A DNA stretch of 64,000 nucleotides from Bacteroidota bacterium (GTDB lineage: Bacteria > Bacteroidota > Bacteroidia > Flavobacteriales > Weeksellaceae), in assembly GCA_018902795.1 (NCBI GenBank), contig JAHIQD010000011.1, forward strand, positions 35,201-99,200. The letters run 5' to 3'. Below the pieces are notes generated by a model. It ran no database searches and was not told the origin of the DNA. It saw only the letters and a list, made by a program, of their open reading frames with translations. Positions 29,039-37,399 of this stretch are shown here, in pieces. Each line of letters opens with the position of its first letter. Position 1 is the stretch's first letter. The position numbers and the translations under genes were made by a program.

Positions 29039-30079
29039 ATGAAAAAAAATTATTTTCTGTTTTTTATCCTTCTGTTTTCAATGTTTTACAGTCAGGTTGT
29101 AAATATACCGGATGCCAATTTTAAAGCAAAACTTTTAGAAGCAAATACGACCAATAATATTGCTAAAGATCTGAACGGAAATTCCGTAAAGATTGACCAA
29201 AATAATGATGGCGAAATTCAGGTTTCGGAAGCGGAGAATATTTCAAAAATTTCATTAAATAACAGTGATATAGATTTTATTTTTTATTTCTTTAATTTCA
29301 TGAATTACACCGGCATAGTTAAAGATATTTATTCAATTGAAGGAATTAACAGTTTTAAAAATTTACAGCTTTTAGACTGTTCTTATGCCAAATTAAGCAG
29401 CATAGATTTTACCAATTTAACCAAGCTGTCGGACTTGTATTGCAACAACAATTTGATCACTTCTTTTACCAATTTTCAAGAGGTAAATTCGCTTTTTGCT
29501 TTAGATTGTTCTAATAATCAGATGACTAGCTTAGATTTAAGTCAGGCTTCTGTTAACAATTCAACAGGGCGGAACGAAGTGCTTTTCAGATTTAACAACA
29601 ATAATTTTCAGTATCTGAATTTACAAAACAACAGAAATACAGCCTGGATGTGCTTATGCAGTTGGATGGATTGTCCTTTTCCGGCATATTCCACTGTGAA
29701 CAGCTGTAAGTATGTCCCGTCTCTTTACGGAAATCCAAATTTAACAGAGGTTAAGATTAATTGTGGTGAGAAATTTTACTATGAATATACCTATTCAAAT
29801 CAATTTAGTTTCACCGAAAATTGTGCAGTTTCAGCAACGCAGGAATCAGATTTTGCTAAAAAGTTTAGAATTTACCCCAATCCTGCAAATGATTTTATAG
29901 CAATTGATACGAAAGAAGCGATAAGTGAAATTTCAATATTGGACTTTTCAGGAAAAATTGTCTTTGCAAAAAAGGATAAATTCACGAATATTTCTTTGCA
30001 TCATCTTCCAAAAGGAAATTATGTGATGAAAATTAAAACCCTTGAAAAAACATTCAGTTATAAGTTTATTAAAAATTAA
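29039..30079 (+). CDS. Leucine-rich-repeat protein with a T9SS C-terminal sorting domain
   Basis: Signal peptide, the VNIPDANFKAKLL LRR cap, ~22-aa LRR units, and the C-terminal FRIYPNPANDFIAI...GNYVMKIK T9SS type A CTD. Confidence 0.8.
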   Translation: MKKNYFLFFILLFSMFYSQVVNIPDANFKAKLLEANTTNNIAKDLNGNSVKIDQNNDGEIQVSEAENISKISLNNSDIDFIFYFFNFMNYTGIVKDIYSIEGINSFKNLQLLDCSYAKLSSIDFTNLTKLSDLYCNNNLITSFTNFQEVNSLFALDCSNNQMTSLDLSQASVNNSTGRNEVLFRFNNNNFQYLNLQNNRNTAWMCLCSWMDCPFPAYSTVNSCKYVPSLYGNPNLTEVKINCGEKFYYEYTYSNQFSFTENCAVSATQESDFAKKFRIYPNPANDFIAIDTKEAISEISILDFSGKIVFAKKDKFTNISLHHLPKGNYVMKIKTLEKTFSYKFIKN

Positions 30080-30106
30080 AAAGTCATTCTTTTTAAAATA
30101 TATTTG

Positions 30107-30131
30107 GAGAAGCGTCGGCTTCTCTTTTTTT
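30107..30131 (+). terminator. Intrinsic terminator after the LRR gene (near-identical to 28964-28990)
   Basis: GAGAAGC-gtcg-GCTTCTC hairpin followed by T7. Confidence 0.7.
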
Positions 30132-30167
30132 ATGTTTTAATTTCTAATTTTACCGAAATTAAACATC

Positions 30168-30362
30168 ATGAACGAAAACAGTTCAACAAAATTAAAAAAC
30201 GGTGATTTTTGCAATGTCATCGGCGGTACCCACCAAGGAAAAACAGGTACAGTTCAGGATATCAATCTAAGTAAAACGGGACATATTACCATTACAGTTT
30301 TGCAGGAAAACGGCGTTCGTTTCAAAACTTTGGGCAAAAATGTGGAAGTGATTAAAAAATAA
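30168..30362 (+). CDS. KOW-motif small protein
   Basis: 64 aa. GDFCNVIGGTHQGKTGTV fits a KOW/SH3-like motif. Confidence 0.55.
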   Translation: MNENSSTKLKNGDFCNVIGGTHQGKTGTVQDINLSKTGHITITVLQENGVRFKTLGKNVEVIKK

Positions 30363-30476
30363 TGATTCCTTTTTCTGGTATCTGAAATTGGGCTTTATCT
30401 TTTTTGATGATTTAATAATTAAAATATTGTTTTAATGTGAAATAGTATAACAATACTTGTGATTTTTGAATAATCA

Positions 30477-30668
30477 ACTGCGGAAATCGTTCCGCAATAT
30501 TGTTTTATCATTTCTGTACGTTGCGGAACCATTTTTGAATGTTGCGGAATCATTTCTGAACGTTGCGGAACCATTTCTGAATGTTGCGAAACCGTTTCTG
30601 CATGTTGCGGAAGCATTTCTGTACGTTGCGGAACGGTTTCTGAATGTTGCGGAATTATTTCTGACGCC
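30477..30668. repeat. 21-bp tandem repeat array: 7 intact units plus 2 decayed units, headed by a palindrome
   Basis: Seven head-to-tail 21-mers at 30520-30666 (consensus GTTGCGGAAYCATTTCTGAAT). Perfect inverted repeat TGCGGAA-atcg-TTCCGCA at 30479-30496. The 7-aa periodicity (VAEPFLN) in the ORF-track translation confirms the period. Confidence 0.9.
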
Positions 30669-30700
30669 TGCCGCTCCGTTTTGTGCGTAGATGATTTTGT

Positions 30701-30904
30701 TTAAATATCCTTCACTTTTTCGTATTTAAAGAAGGGTTTAATGTTTCTGTTCAGATAAATACCTTTTGAAAAAGCAGCCCGGAAATCATCGAAAACTTCC
30801 TGCGGAACGTCCAGATAATCATAAACAGCTCCGGACACATAAACGATAGTCAGGATCTGGAGTTCCGGCTTATAAAAATATTTTATGATGACTGATGAAG
30901 GCAT
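30701..30904 (-). CDS. KTSC-domain small protein
   Basis: 67 aa. YDYLDVPQEVFDDFRAAFSKGIYLNRNIK matches the KTSC domain pattern. Confidence 0.65.
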   Translation of the reverse strand: MPSSVIIKYFYKPELQILTIVYVSGAVYDYLDVPQEVFDDFRAAFSKGIYLNRNIKPFFKYEKVKDI

Positions 30905-30977
30905 AATTTCATTTCAGCAATATCCGTTCCTTTAGTTTTCTTACCTTTGCAGTCAATTATATATATCAGGCTAACCT

Positions 30978-31814
30978 ATGGATCTCGGCAAAACTCAATT
31001 ATTAAAAATCGCAGAAAAAAATTATTCCGGATTATTTTTGGAAGATGAAAACGGAGAAAGAGCTTTTCTTCCTAAAATTTTTGCTTCAGAAGATGCCGAA
31101 ATGGGGACAGAAATGGAGGTTTTTGTTTATCAGGACGACGACAAACTGAAAGCCACCACAGAAAAACCCAATGCCGAAGTAGGCGAATTTGCCGTGATGA
31201 ATTGCGTGCAGAGCCTTCCCAGCGGAGCTTTCATGGATTGGGGAATTATCAAGGATTTATTTATTCCGTACAAGCAGCAGAAACAGAAAATCGTAGAAGG
31301 AAAACGATATTTAGTGCATGTTTATATTGATGAATTTTTAAACCTGATTACCGGTACCACAAGGTTCAAGAGAAATCCCCAATATGAGGATTTGCCTTTC
31401 AGAAAGGGCGATAAAGTGAATCTGATTTTAATGGGCGAAGGCGAACTGGGCTGGAATGTCATTGTTAATAAGCAATATATCGGATTGATTTATGCTTCGG
31501 ATGTTTATAAAAAGCTGTTTCCGCTTTCGGAAGAAGTCGGATACATAAAATCCATCCGCGAAGACGGAAAAATTGATGTTTCTCTTCAGCCGGAAGGCTA
31601 TGAAAACAATGATGAGTTTCAGCAGATTATTCTCGATAAACTGAAGGATAACTATGGTTTACTCTATCTTTCCGATAAATCGGAGCCGGAAGAAATCAAG
31701 CAGGAACTTCAGATGAGTAAAAAGAATTTCAAGAAAGCCATCGGCGGATTGTACCGTGATAAAAAAATTGAGATTTTAGAAGATAAAATAAGGTTGGTAG
31801 AAGATCTTGATTAA
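30978..31814 (+). CDS. S1-like RNA-binding domain protein (CvfB/YitL family)
   Basis: 278 aa, repeated S1-like barrels plus a C-terminal winged-helix-like KKNFKKAIGGLYRDKKI. Confidence 0.7.
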   Translation: MDLGKTQLLKIAEKNYSGLFLEDENGERAFLPKIFASEDAEMGTEMEVFVYQDDDKLKATTEKPNAEVGEFAVMNCVQSLPSGAFMDWGIIKDLFIPYKQQKQKIVEGKRYLVHVYIDEFLNLITGTTRFKRNPQYEDLPFRKGDKVNLILMGEGELGWNVIVNKQYIGLIYASDVYKKLFPLSEEVGYIKSIREDGKIDVSLQPEGYENNDEFQQIILDKLKDNYGLLYLSDKSEPEEIKQELQMSKKNFKKAIGGLYRDKKIEILEDKIRLVEDLD

Positions 31815-31819
31815 GAAAT

Positions 31820-31852
31820 AAAAAAGAGCAGTTTTAAACTGCTCTTTTTTTT
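31820..31852. terminator. Bidirectional terminator between the cvfB-like gene and tRNA-Pro
   Basis: A-run, GAGCAGTTT-t-AAACTGCTC, then T8. Confidence 0.75.
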
Positions 31853-31853
31853 G

Positions 31854-31927
31854 TCGGGATGACTGGATTCGAACCAGCGACCCCTTGCACCCCATGCAAG
31901 TACGCTACCAGGCTGCGCTACATCCCG
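31854..31927 (-). tRNA. tRNA-Pro (anticodon GGG)
   Basis: Hand-folded cloverleaf. Acceptor CGGGATG/CATCCCG, D-arm GCGC/GCGT, anticodon stem CTTGC/GCAAG with loop aT-GGG-Gt, and T-loop TTCGAAT. No CCA is encoded. Confidence 0.9.
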
Positions 31928-31981
31928 AAACGCGGTGCAAAAATAAGGATTTGCACATTATTTTCAAAATGAATTTCACTG

Positions 31982-34900
31982 CTAATTCCTGTTTTTTATC
32001 AGCAGCCAACCGTTTAGGATACGCCCGTCAGAAACTTTAATAATATACCAATAGCTTCCGGTCGGAAGTGCACGGGAATCAAATTTTCCGTCCCATTCAA
32101 ATGGTCCGGATGTTATTTTTGACAGCACCATTTTTCCGTTTCTGTCGTAGACTTTAATGTCCGAATTCGGGTAATTCTCCATTCCGTCGATTTTCCACGT
32201 ATCATTGATGCCGTCAGCATTTGGCGTGAAACTGTTCGGAACATTGAAAATCGTAAAGTTCATCTGTCCTATCACGCAGCCTCCGGAAGTTTTTACATAT
32301 ACCGTATGATTTCCGTTGGAAAGATTGTTTAATGTATTTGAAGTCTGCCAAACAGCATTATCCAGAGAATACAGAAAATCTCCTGAATTCGACATGATCA
32401 CCGTTGCATTATTGTTGATGATCTGAACTCCGTTGATAGTACCCAGTGAAGACTGAGTCACATTTACTGAAGCAGAATTTTCGCAGCCGAAACTGTTTTT
32501 CACTTTTACAGTATACGTTCCGGCAGTGGTAACATTTAAAATTTGACTGGATGAAACCAGTGCTGGAGAGCCATCTTTGGTCCATTCATAACTTGAAAAA
32601 CCGTTTCCTGCATCTAAATCCACCGACTGTCCGTTACAGAATTCTGTCGTTCCGGGAAGATTGAGATCGGGTTTTGGATTTAATATTAAAGTCAGTTTTA
32701 CAGAAACGACACAACCTAAAGCATTGGATATTTTGATATTGAAAATATTTGCCCCAATATTTAAGTTAGCAGTTGCGGGATTCGAAACGCTCTGATTAGC
32801 CGCATCGAAAAATTCGAAAATGTAAGCTGACGGGTTTGCAACCAAATCAGTTTTATAGTTATTGAGATTAACTGTTTTGGTGTTGGCTGTTGTATCATTA
32901 CAGAAAGCCGTAGAATAATCATTTGCCGGAATTCCGCCATTGGCTACATCAACTGTAACGGCCAGTTTCGAAGTGCTTTCGCACCCGTTTACAGTTTGGG
33001 TCGCGTAATAAGTTTTGCCGTCCGTAAGTGGAGTAGAAGGAGTCAGTATCGCGCCAGCTGAATCATACCAGATAACGTTCTGACCGTTTACCCTCAAATT
33101 AGAAATCGTTGGGTTCTGGGCAGAACAGAAATCCTGCTGAGTGCTTCCTGTTGGTGCCGCAGGATCGTTTAGGGTTATTGTAATTTCGGCTTTGGCACTT
33201 TCGCAGCCGTTAAGTGTTTGGCTTGCATAATATTTTGTACCGTCAGTTAAAACAGCGTTTGTGTTTAAGGGATTTCCTGCAGCATCATACCATTTGATGG
33301 AGGTTCCTGTGATCTGAATGTCTGAAATTTTTCGATTATCAATTTTGCAGAAACTTTGTGCTGGATTAGCAACTGGTAAAGGCTCACTTGTTATCGTTAT
33401 ATTCTGGTTTTGAGTGGAAATATTTCCGTTTCCGTCATCATATTTCCAGGTAATCACATAGTTTCCCGGCAGTGAATATTGCAGCGGATTTGCTGTCGTA
33501 GCCACAATATTACCCATACAAACATCAGTTGCTGTTGGGATGGTGGTAATTACGGTTTTGCAGTTGCCGGTGATTGTTGGAAGTACGGCAATATTAGGGA
33601 TGGGTGCGGTTTTGTCTTCTACTTTTACCTCTACCGTGAAAGTTCCGTCGCAACCACCGGTGCCTGAAATATTGCAAGAATATATTCCGGAATTTAAAAT
33701 AGTAGCATTGGGAATCGTCGGATTTTTTTGTGTAGAAGAAAATCCATTTGGCCCTGTCCAAGAATAAGTGGTGCCGCCTGAAGCTGAAAGGTTGATAGTA
33801 GAATTTAGACAGACAGGTGAATTAGAAGATAATAATGTCACAACAGAAGTACAGTCAAAAAATTTGGCAATATAACCATCCGTGGAATTATTAATCGATT
33901 GAAATGCTCCTGGTGTTGCCATTCCAGAAGTATTAGAAGTCGCGCTCCCAACCATGTAGATGTGGTTTTTAGAATCTCTCCGGATAAATGCAGTTCCAGT
34001 AGATCCATTTCCTCCATAAAATGTACCCCAAACTTTGTTTTCATTATTGTCGTACAACATCATTATAGATTTGTTGCTGAATCCTGTTGATGTTTGATAA
34101 GCATCGGAAGTTGCTATATTGGGTTGGTTTGGGTAAGAACTTCCTCCAATTAACAGATTTCCAATAGGATCGAAATAACCGGTTAAATCTTGATTATAAG
34201 GTAAGAGAAATTGGTTGTTTGAAATTATGGCGTTAGTATTTACATTATATTTTAAAACACTCCCGACATAATTATTATTAATGATCGGCCATATTTTATA
34301 AAATACTTTAAAAATTCCATTTTCGAATTTACAGGCAATCGGTAGATCCGCTCTTGCATCTCCAAAATAGGAAACTTGCTTTGAATTTAAATCTGAATCA
34401 AAATGCAGAAGTAATAAGTCCCTGTCTCCGCCAAGAGAATTTTGTAAAGAGTTGTACGTAGAAATTCCATTAGATTCTGTTTGTCCGATCGCATAAATAT
34501 CAAGCGAACTATCATCTGAAAAATTTGAAATGTAGGAAAATTTTCCAGGAACTGTATTTTGAATGAGATAATTTTTTTGAAAAGTCCCATTCAAGTCAAA
34601 TTTTTCAATATAAGGTTTAGAAATACTATTTTGGGCTATTGCACCTCCGATGTAAAAAAAGCCATTTTTAACAAGGATGTCGTAAATGGATTTATCTGAA
34701 GTGATATGGTGAGTCCAAATATAGGTTCCGTCTTTTCTGACTTTTAAAACTTGCTGATCATTGGCTTTTAATAGGATATAAAGGTAATCTCTGTCAAAAT
34801 CTAAAGCATCCAAAGATCCATAGCTAATGGTGTTATCTAAATAACTCCCCCAAATTCGGTTTCCATTTTCATCAAATTTTGCAATATATCCGTCCCACGT

Positions 34901-35863
34901 CCCCGTAAATGTAGTAATATAAGCACCAGAAGTTGCCATATAATTATCATAGCTCATCGTCATCCCCCCGAGATACAGATTGTTATATTCATCTATTTCT
35001 AATTTTTCAATAGTATCAGATCCATTTCCGCCATATAATGTTCCCCAAATTCTCGTTGGTACCGGATCGATAACCACCACTTTATCCGAAATATTTTTCT
35101 CAGATTTGAAACCAAAGATGCCATTTCCTAAATCCGTAAACTCAACACCAATCGTATTTTTGGAGTTTCCATTTTCCTCCCAAGAGTGGGGAATGTTTTC
35201 TTGCATTTCCCCAAAACGCAGATTCATAGATAACTTTCCATCTTTCAGTTTCGTTTTAGCGCCTTTAAATTTTAATTGAATATCCGAAATTTTTCCACCA
35301 GGATTAACGATGAAATTATATTCGATTGGTTTTGAAGAATCATCCGGTTTAAAGAAAACCAAGTCAATATTGCGGTATAAATTTTTATAGGTGATTTTTT
35401 GGAAGCGGTGAACTTTTTCAATTCCTTTCGGTCTGTTTGGGATGTTGTAATAATTATCATAATCCGCAGATTTACCTTCGGCAATAATTTCCGGATTTGT
35501 ATTGGCATCTATAAAATCAATATCTATCCGGTGATACTGATATTTATAATCGTATTCAGTTCGTTTTTTATCTTTCTCCAAAAGGTATTGTTTGTTCTTT
35601 TTAGAAACCTTTTTTAAAGTTTTTTTAACTTCATATACATCATAAGAAAATCCTTCTTTTTTAATTTGAACATTGAGTCCTTTGGATTGAAATAAATATT
35701 TAACGTTTGGATTTTTTTTTCCCTCCTGATCAATGATTTGACCCTTATTCTCGTAGAAAAAAGCATTGGAACTCGTTTGAATATTTTGACTGAAAAGTGA
35801 AGCGGAAAGCGAAAAGAAAAAGACGAGAAGTAGAGGTTTTTTCATTAAATAAATTATGCCCAA
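31982..35863 (-). CDS. Large T9SS-secreted surface protein (beta-propeller repeats, Ig-like domains, type B sorting domain)
   Basis: The C-terminal FTPNADGINDTWKIDGMENYP...WYIIKV motif is the gliding-motility/T9SS type B CTD. There are repeated WGT(L/F)YGGNG propeller-type motifs and Cys-containing Ig-like repeats. The probable true start is MKKPLLL at 35845, since the track start is a TTG. Confidence 0.85.
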   Translation of the reverse strand: MGIIYLMKKPLLLVFFFSLSASLFSQNIQTSSNAFFYENKGQIIDQEGKKNPNVKYLFQSKGLNVQIKKEGFSYDVYEVKKTLKKVSKKNKQYLLEKDKKRTEYDYKYQYHRIDIDFIDANTNPEIIAEGKSADYDNYYNIPNRPKGIEKVHRFQKITYKNLYRNIDLVFFKPDDSSKPIEYNFIVNPGGKISDIQLKFKGAKTKLKDGKLSMNLRFGEMQENIPHSWEENGNSKNTIGVEFTDLGNGIFGFKSEKNISDKVVVIDPVPTRIWGTLYGGNGSDTIEKLEIDEYNNLYLGGMTMSYDNYMATSGAYITTFTGTWDGYIAKFDENGNRIWGSYLDNTISYGSLDALDFDRDYLYILLKANDQQVLKVRKDGTYIWTHHITSDKSIYDILVKNGFFYIGGAIAQNSISKPYIEKFDLNGTFQKNYLIQNTVPGKFSYISNFSDDSSLDIYAIGQTESNGISTYNSLQNSLGGDRDLLLLHFDSDLNSKQVSYFGDARADLPIACKFENGIFKVFYKIWPIINNNYVGSVLKYNVNTNAIISNNQFLLPYNQDLTGYFDPIGNLLIGGSSYPNQPNIATSDAYQTSTGFSNKSIMMLYDNNENKVWGTFYGGNGSTGTAFIRRDSKNHIYMVGSATSNTSGMATPGAFQSINNSTDGYIAKFFDCTSVVTLLSSNSPVCLNSTINLSASGGTTYSWTGPNGFSSTQKNPTIPNATILNSGIYSCNISGTGGCDGTFTVEVKVEDKTAPIPNIAVLPTITGNCKTVITTIPTATDVCMGNIVATTANPLQYSLPGNYVITWKYDDGNGNISTQNQNITITSEPLPVANPAQSFCKIDNRKISDIQITGTSIKWYDAAGNPLNTNAVLTDGTKYYASQTLNGCESAKAEITITLNDPAAPTGSTQQDFCSAQNPTISNLRVNGQNVIWYDSAGAILTPSTPLTDGKTYYATQTVNGCESTSKLAVTVDVANGGIPANDYSTAFCNDTTANTKTVNLNNYKTDLVANPSAYIFEFFDAANQSVSNPATANLNIGANIFNIKISNALGCVVSVKLTLILNPKPDLNLPGTTEFCNGQSVDLDAGNGFSSYEWTKDGSPALVSSSQILNVTTAGTYTVKVKNSFGCENSASVNVTQSSLGTINGVQIINNNATVIMSNSGDFLYSLDNAVWQTSNTLNNLSNGNHTVYVKTSGGCVIGQMNFTIFNVPNSFTPNADGINDTWKIDGMENYPNSDIKVYDRNGKMVLSKITSGPFEWDGKFDSRALPTGSYWYIIKVSDGRILNGWLLIKNRN

Positions 35864-35870
35864 ATATAGA

Positions 35871-36218
35871 TTATTCCTTTCTCACAAGCAATATCCAGTC
35901 TTCCTCAAGCAATTTATAGCCTATATCATAAACGAAACGGTATTCTGCACCGTTTTTATAAATTTTCAGGCTGGTAAAATATTCAAAATCGAAGCCTTCG
36001 GACGTGAGTTTATTGCGTGTGGTTTTCGCTTTGCCTTCGGTGAATTTCTGTTCGCTTAAGATGCGGTGGTTTTTGGGCAGTTTGTTGTTGATATTGCGCA
36101 TCAGGTTGGTGGAATCTTTGTTGTGTTTATTGTTGAACGCATTTCTGCAGCCGTCGTTACAGAATTTTTTATCGCTCCTTCCGATAATTTTATCGCCACA
36201 TTCCAGACAGTTTTCCAT
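35871..36218 (-). CDS. Zn-ribbon small protein of unknown function
   Basis: N-terminal CLECGDK...CNDGCRNAF (CxxC...CxxxC). Start placed at the ATG (MENCLEC); the track ORF begins at a TTG at 36239. Confidence 0.5.
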   Translation of the reverse strand: MENCLECGDKIIGRSDKKFCNDGCRNAFNNKHNKDSTNLMRNINNKLPKNHRILSEQKFTEGKAKTTRNKLTSEGFDFEYFTSLKIYKNGAEYRFVYDIGYKLLEEDWILLVRKE

Positions 36219-36325
36219 ACTTAATATTTTGATAATCAAATATAAAGAATTATCCGTTTACAAACGGCTCTGAATTTTTTCAGCAAAAAAAATATTTTTT
36301 TATCGCGTAAATAAAAAATAGTTTA

Positions 36326-36333
36326 TACATTTG
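36326..36333 (+). promoter_or_regulatory. Candidate -7 box (TACATTTG) of the his operon promoter
   Basis: Matches TAnnTTTG and lies 20 nt upstream of the leader-peptide ATG. Confidence 0.4.
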
Positions 36334-36352
36334 TTCTCACAAAACAAACATA

Positions 36353-36406
36353 ATGTTCAATCAGTTACACCATCATCATTTTCATACTTGCACTCACGCG
36401 AGCTGA
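36353..36406 (+). CDS. Histidine operon leader peptide, 17 aa (MFNQLHHHHFHTCTHAS)
   Basis: 6 of 17 codons are His, including four in a row. It lies 117 nt upstream of hisG and is followed by a terminator hairpin. Confidence 0.65.
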   Translation: MFNQLHHHHFHTCTHAS

Positions 36407-36438
36407 TTATGATATGTTGTAAATCACCAATATTTAAT

Positions 36439-36474
36439 CCCGCCTGAGTAAATCAGTCGGGATTTTTCTTTTTT
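36439..36474 (+). terminator. Attenuator terminator of the his leader
   Basis: CCCGCCTGA-gtaaa-TCAGTCGGG (one mismatch) followed by ATTTTTCTTTTTT. The upstream segment GAGCTGATT (overlapping the leader stop codon) can pair with AATCAGTC as an alternative structure. Confidence 0.6.
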
Positions 36475-36522
36475 CAATTATTTTCCGCACTTCGATTTAC
36501 TCATGCATTTAGAAATAAAATT

Positions 36523-37380
36523 ATGAGTAAACTTAAAATAGCCCTACAGAAAAGCGGCCGGCTCAGCGAAAAATCGGTAGCGCTTCTAGAAGAATGTGGC
36601 CTTAAATTTCCCAACGGTGGCGGAAAACTCATCACCGAATCCAGTAATTTTCCGGTAGAAATACTATTTCTCCGGGATGATGATATTCCGCAGTATGTGG
36701 AACAGAATGTCGCCCACATCGGCATCATTGGCGAAAACGTTTTTCTTGAAAGCCAAAAATCCATCAGCATCATCGAAAAGCTGAACTTCTCAGGATGCCG
36801 ATTAAGTTTAGCCGTTCCTAAAGAAACAGATTATGAAGGACTTAATTTCTTCAACAACAAAAAAATAGCAACCTCCTATCCGAATATTCTTGGGAAATAT
36901 TTAAGAGAAAATAACATTAGTGCAACAGTAGAAGTGATTTCCGGAAGTGTCGAAATTGCACCCGGAATTGGTTTGGCTGATGGGATTTGTGATATCGTGA
37001 GCAGCGGTTCCACTTTACTTTCCAACGGACTGAAAGAAGTGGTAACTGTTTTTAAAAGTCAGGCGGTTTTGGTCGCAAACCAGAATCTGGATTCAGAAAT
37101 GCAGCAGATTTTAAACAAACTGCTTTTCCGCATCCGTTCCGTTCAAAAAGCAAAGGAAAATAAATACATCCTTCTCAATTCGCCCAACGACCAACTCGAA
37201 AAAATCATCCAGATCCTTCCCGGAATGAACAGTCCTACGATTCTTCCGTTGGCAAAAGAAGGATGGAGCAGCCTGCATTCGGTCATCGGTGAAGAGAAGT
37301 TCTGGGATATCATCGACGAACTCAAAGAAGCCGGAGCCGAAGGAATTCTAGTAGTCCCAATTGAAAAAATGATTCTTTAA
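36523..37380 (+). CDS. hisG: ATP phosphoribosyltransferase
   Basis: 285 aa, long-form HisG (DIVSSGSTL motif). First gene of the operon. Confidence 0.9.
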   Translation: MSKLKIALQKSGRLSEKSVALLEECGLKFPNGGGKLITESSNFPVEILFLRDDDIPQYVEQNVAHIGIIGENVFLESQKSISIIEKLNFSGCRLSLAVPKETDYEGLNFFNNKKIATSYPNILGKYLRENNISATVEVISGSVEIAPGIGLADGICDIVSSGSTLLSNGLKEVVTVFKSQAVLVANQNLDSEMQQILNKLLFRIRSVQKAKENKYILLNSPNDQLEKIIQILPGMNSPTILPLAKEGWSSLHSVIGEEKFWDIIDELKEAGAEGILVVPIEKMIL

Positions 37381-37399
37381 AATGTGTAAATTTAATCCA

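Noticed and set aside
30419-30690. Track ORFs 30419-30616 (-) and 30466-30690 (+) covering the 21-bp array, and the possibility that the array is a CRISPR locus.
   Set aside because: The ORFs exist only because a 21-nt period keeps most frames open. The plus-strand one appears to start at a TTG, the peptides are pure heptad echoes of the DNA repeat, and the two overlap each other. It is not CRISPR because the units are contiguous with no spacers, are only 21 nt long, and no cas genes are nearby.
31854-31927. An integrative element or genomic island at tRNA-Pro or tRNA-Arg.
   Set aside because: There is no integrase, excisionase, transposase or phage gene anywhere in the window. I did not notice a duplicated tRNA 3'-end, and the flanking genes are ordinary chromosomal genes.
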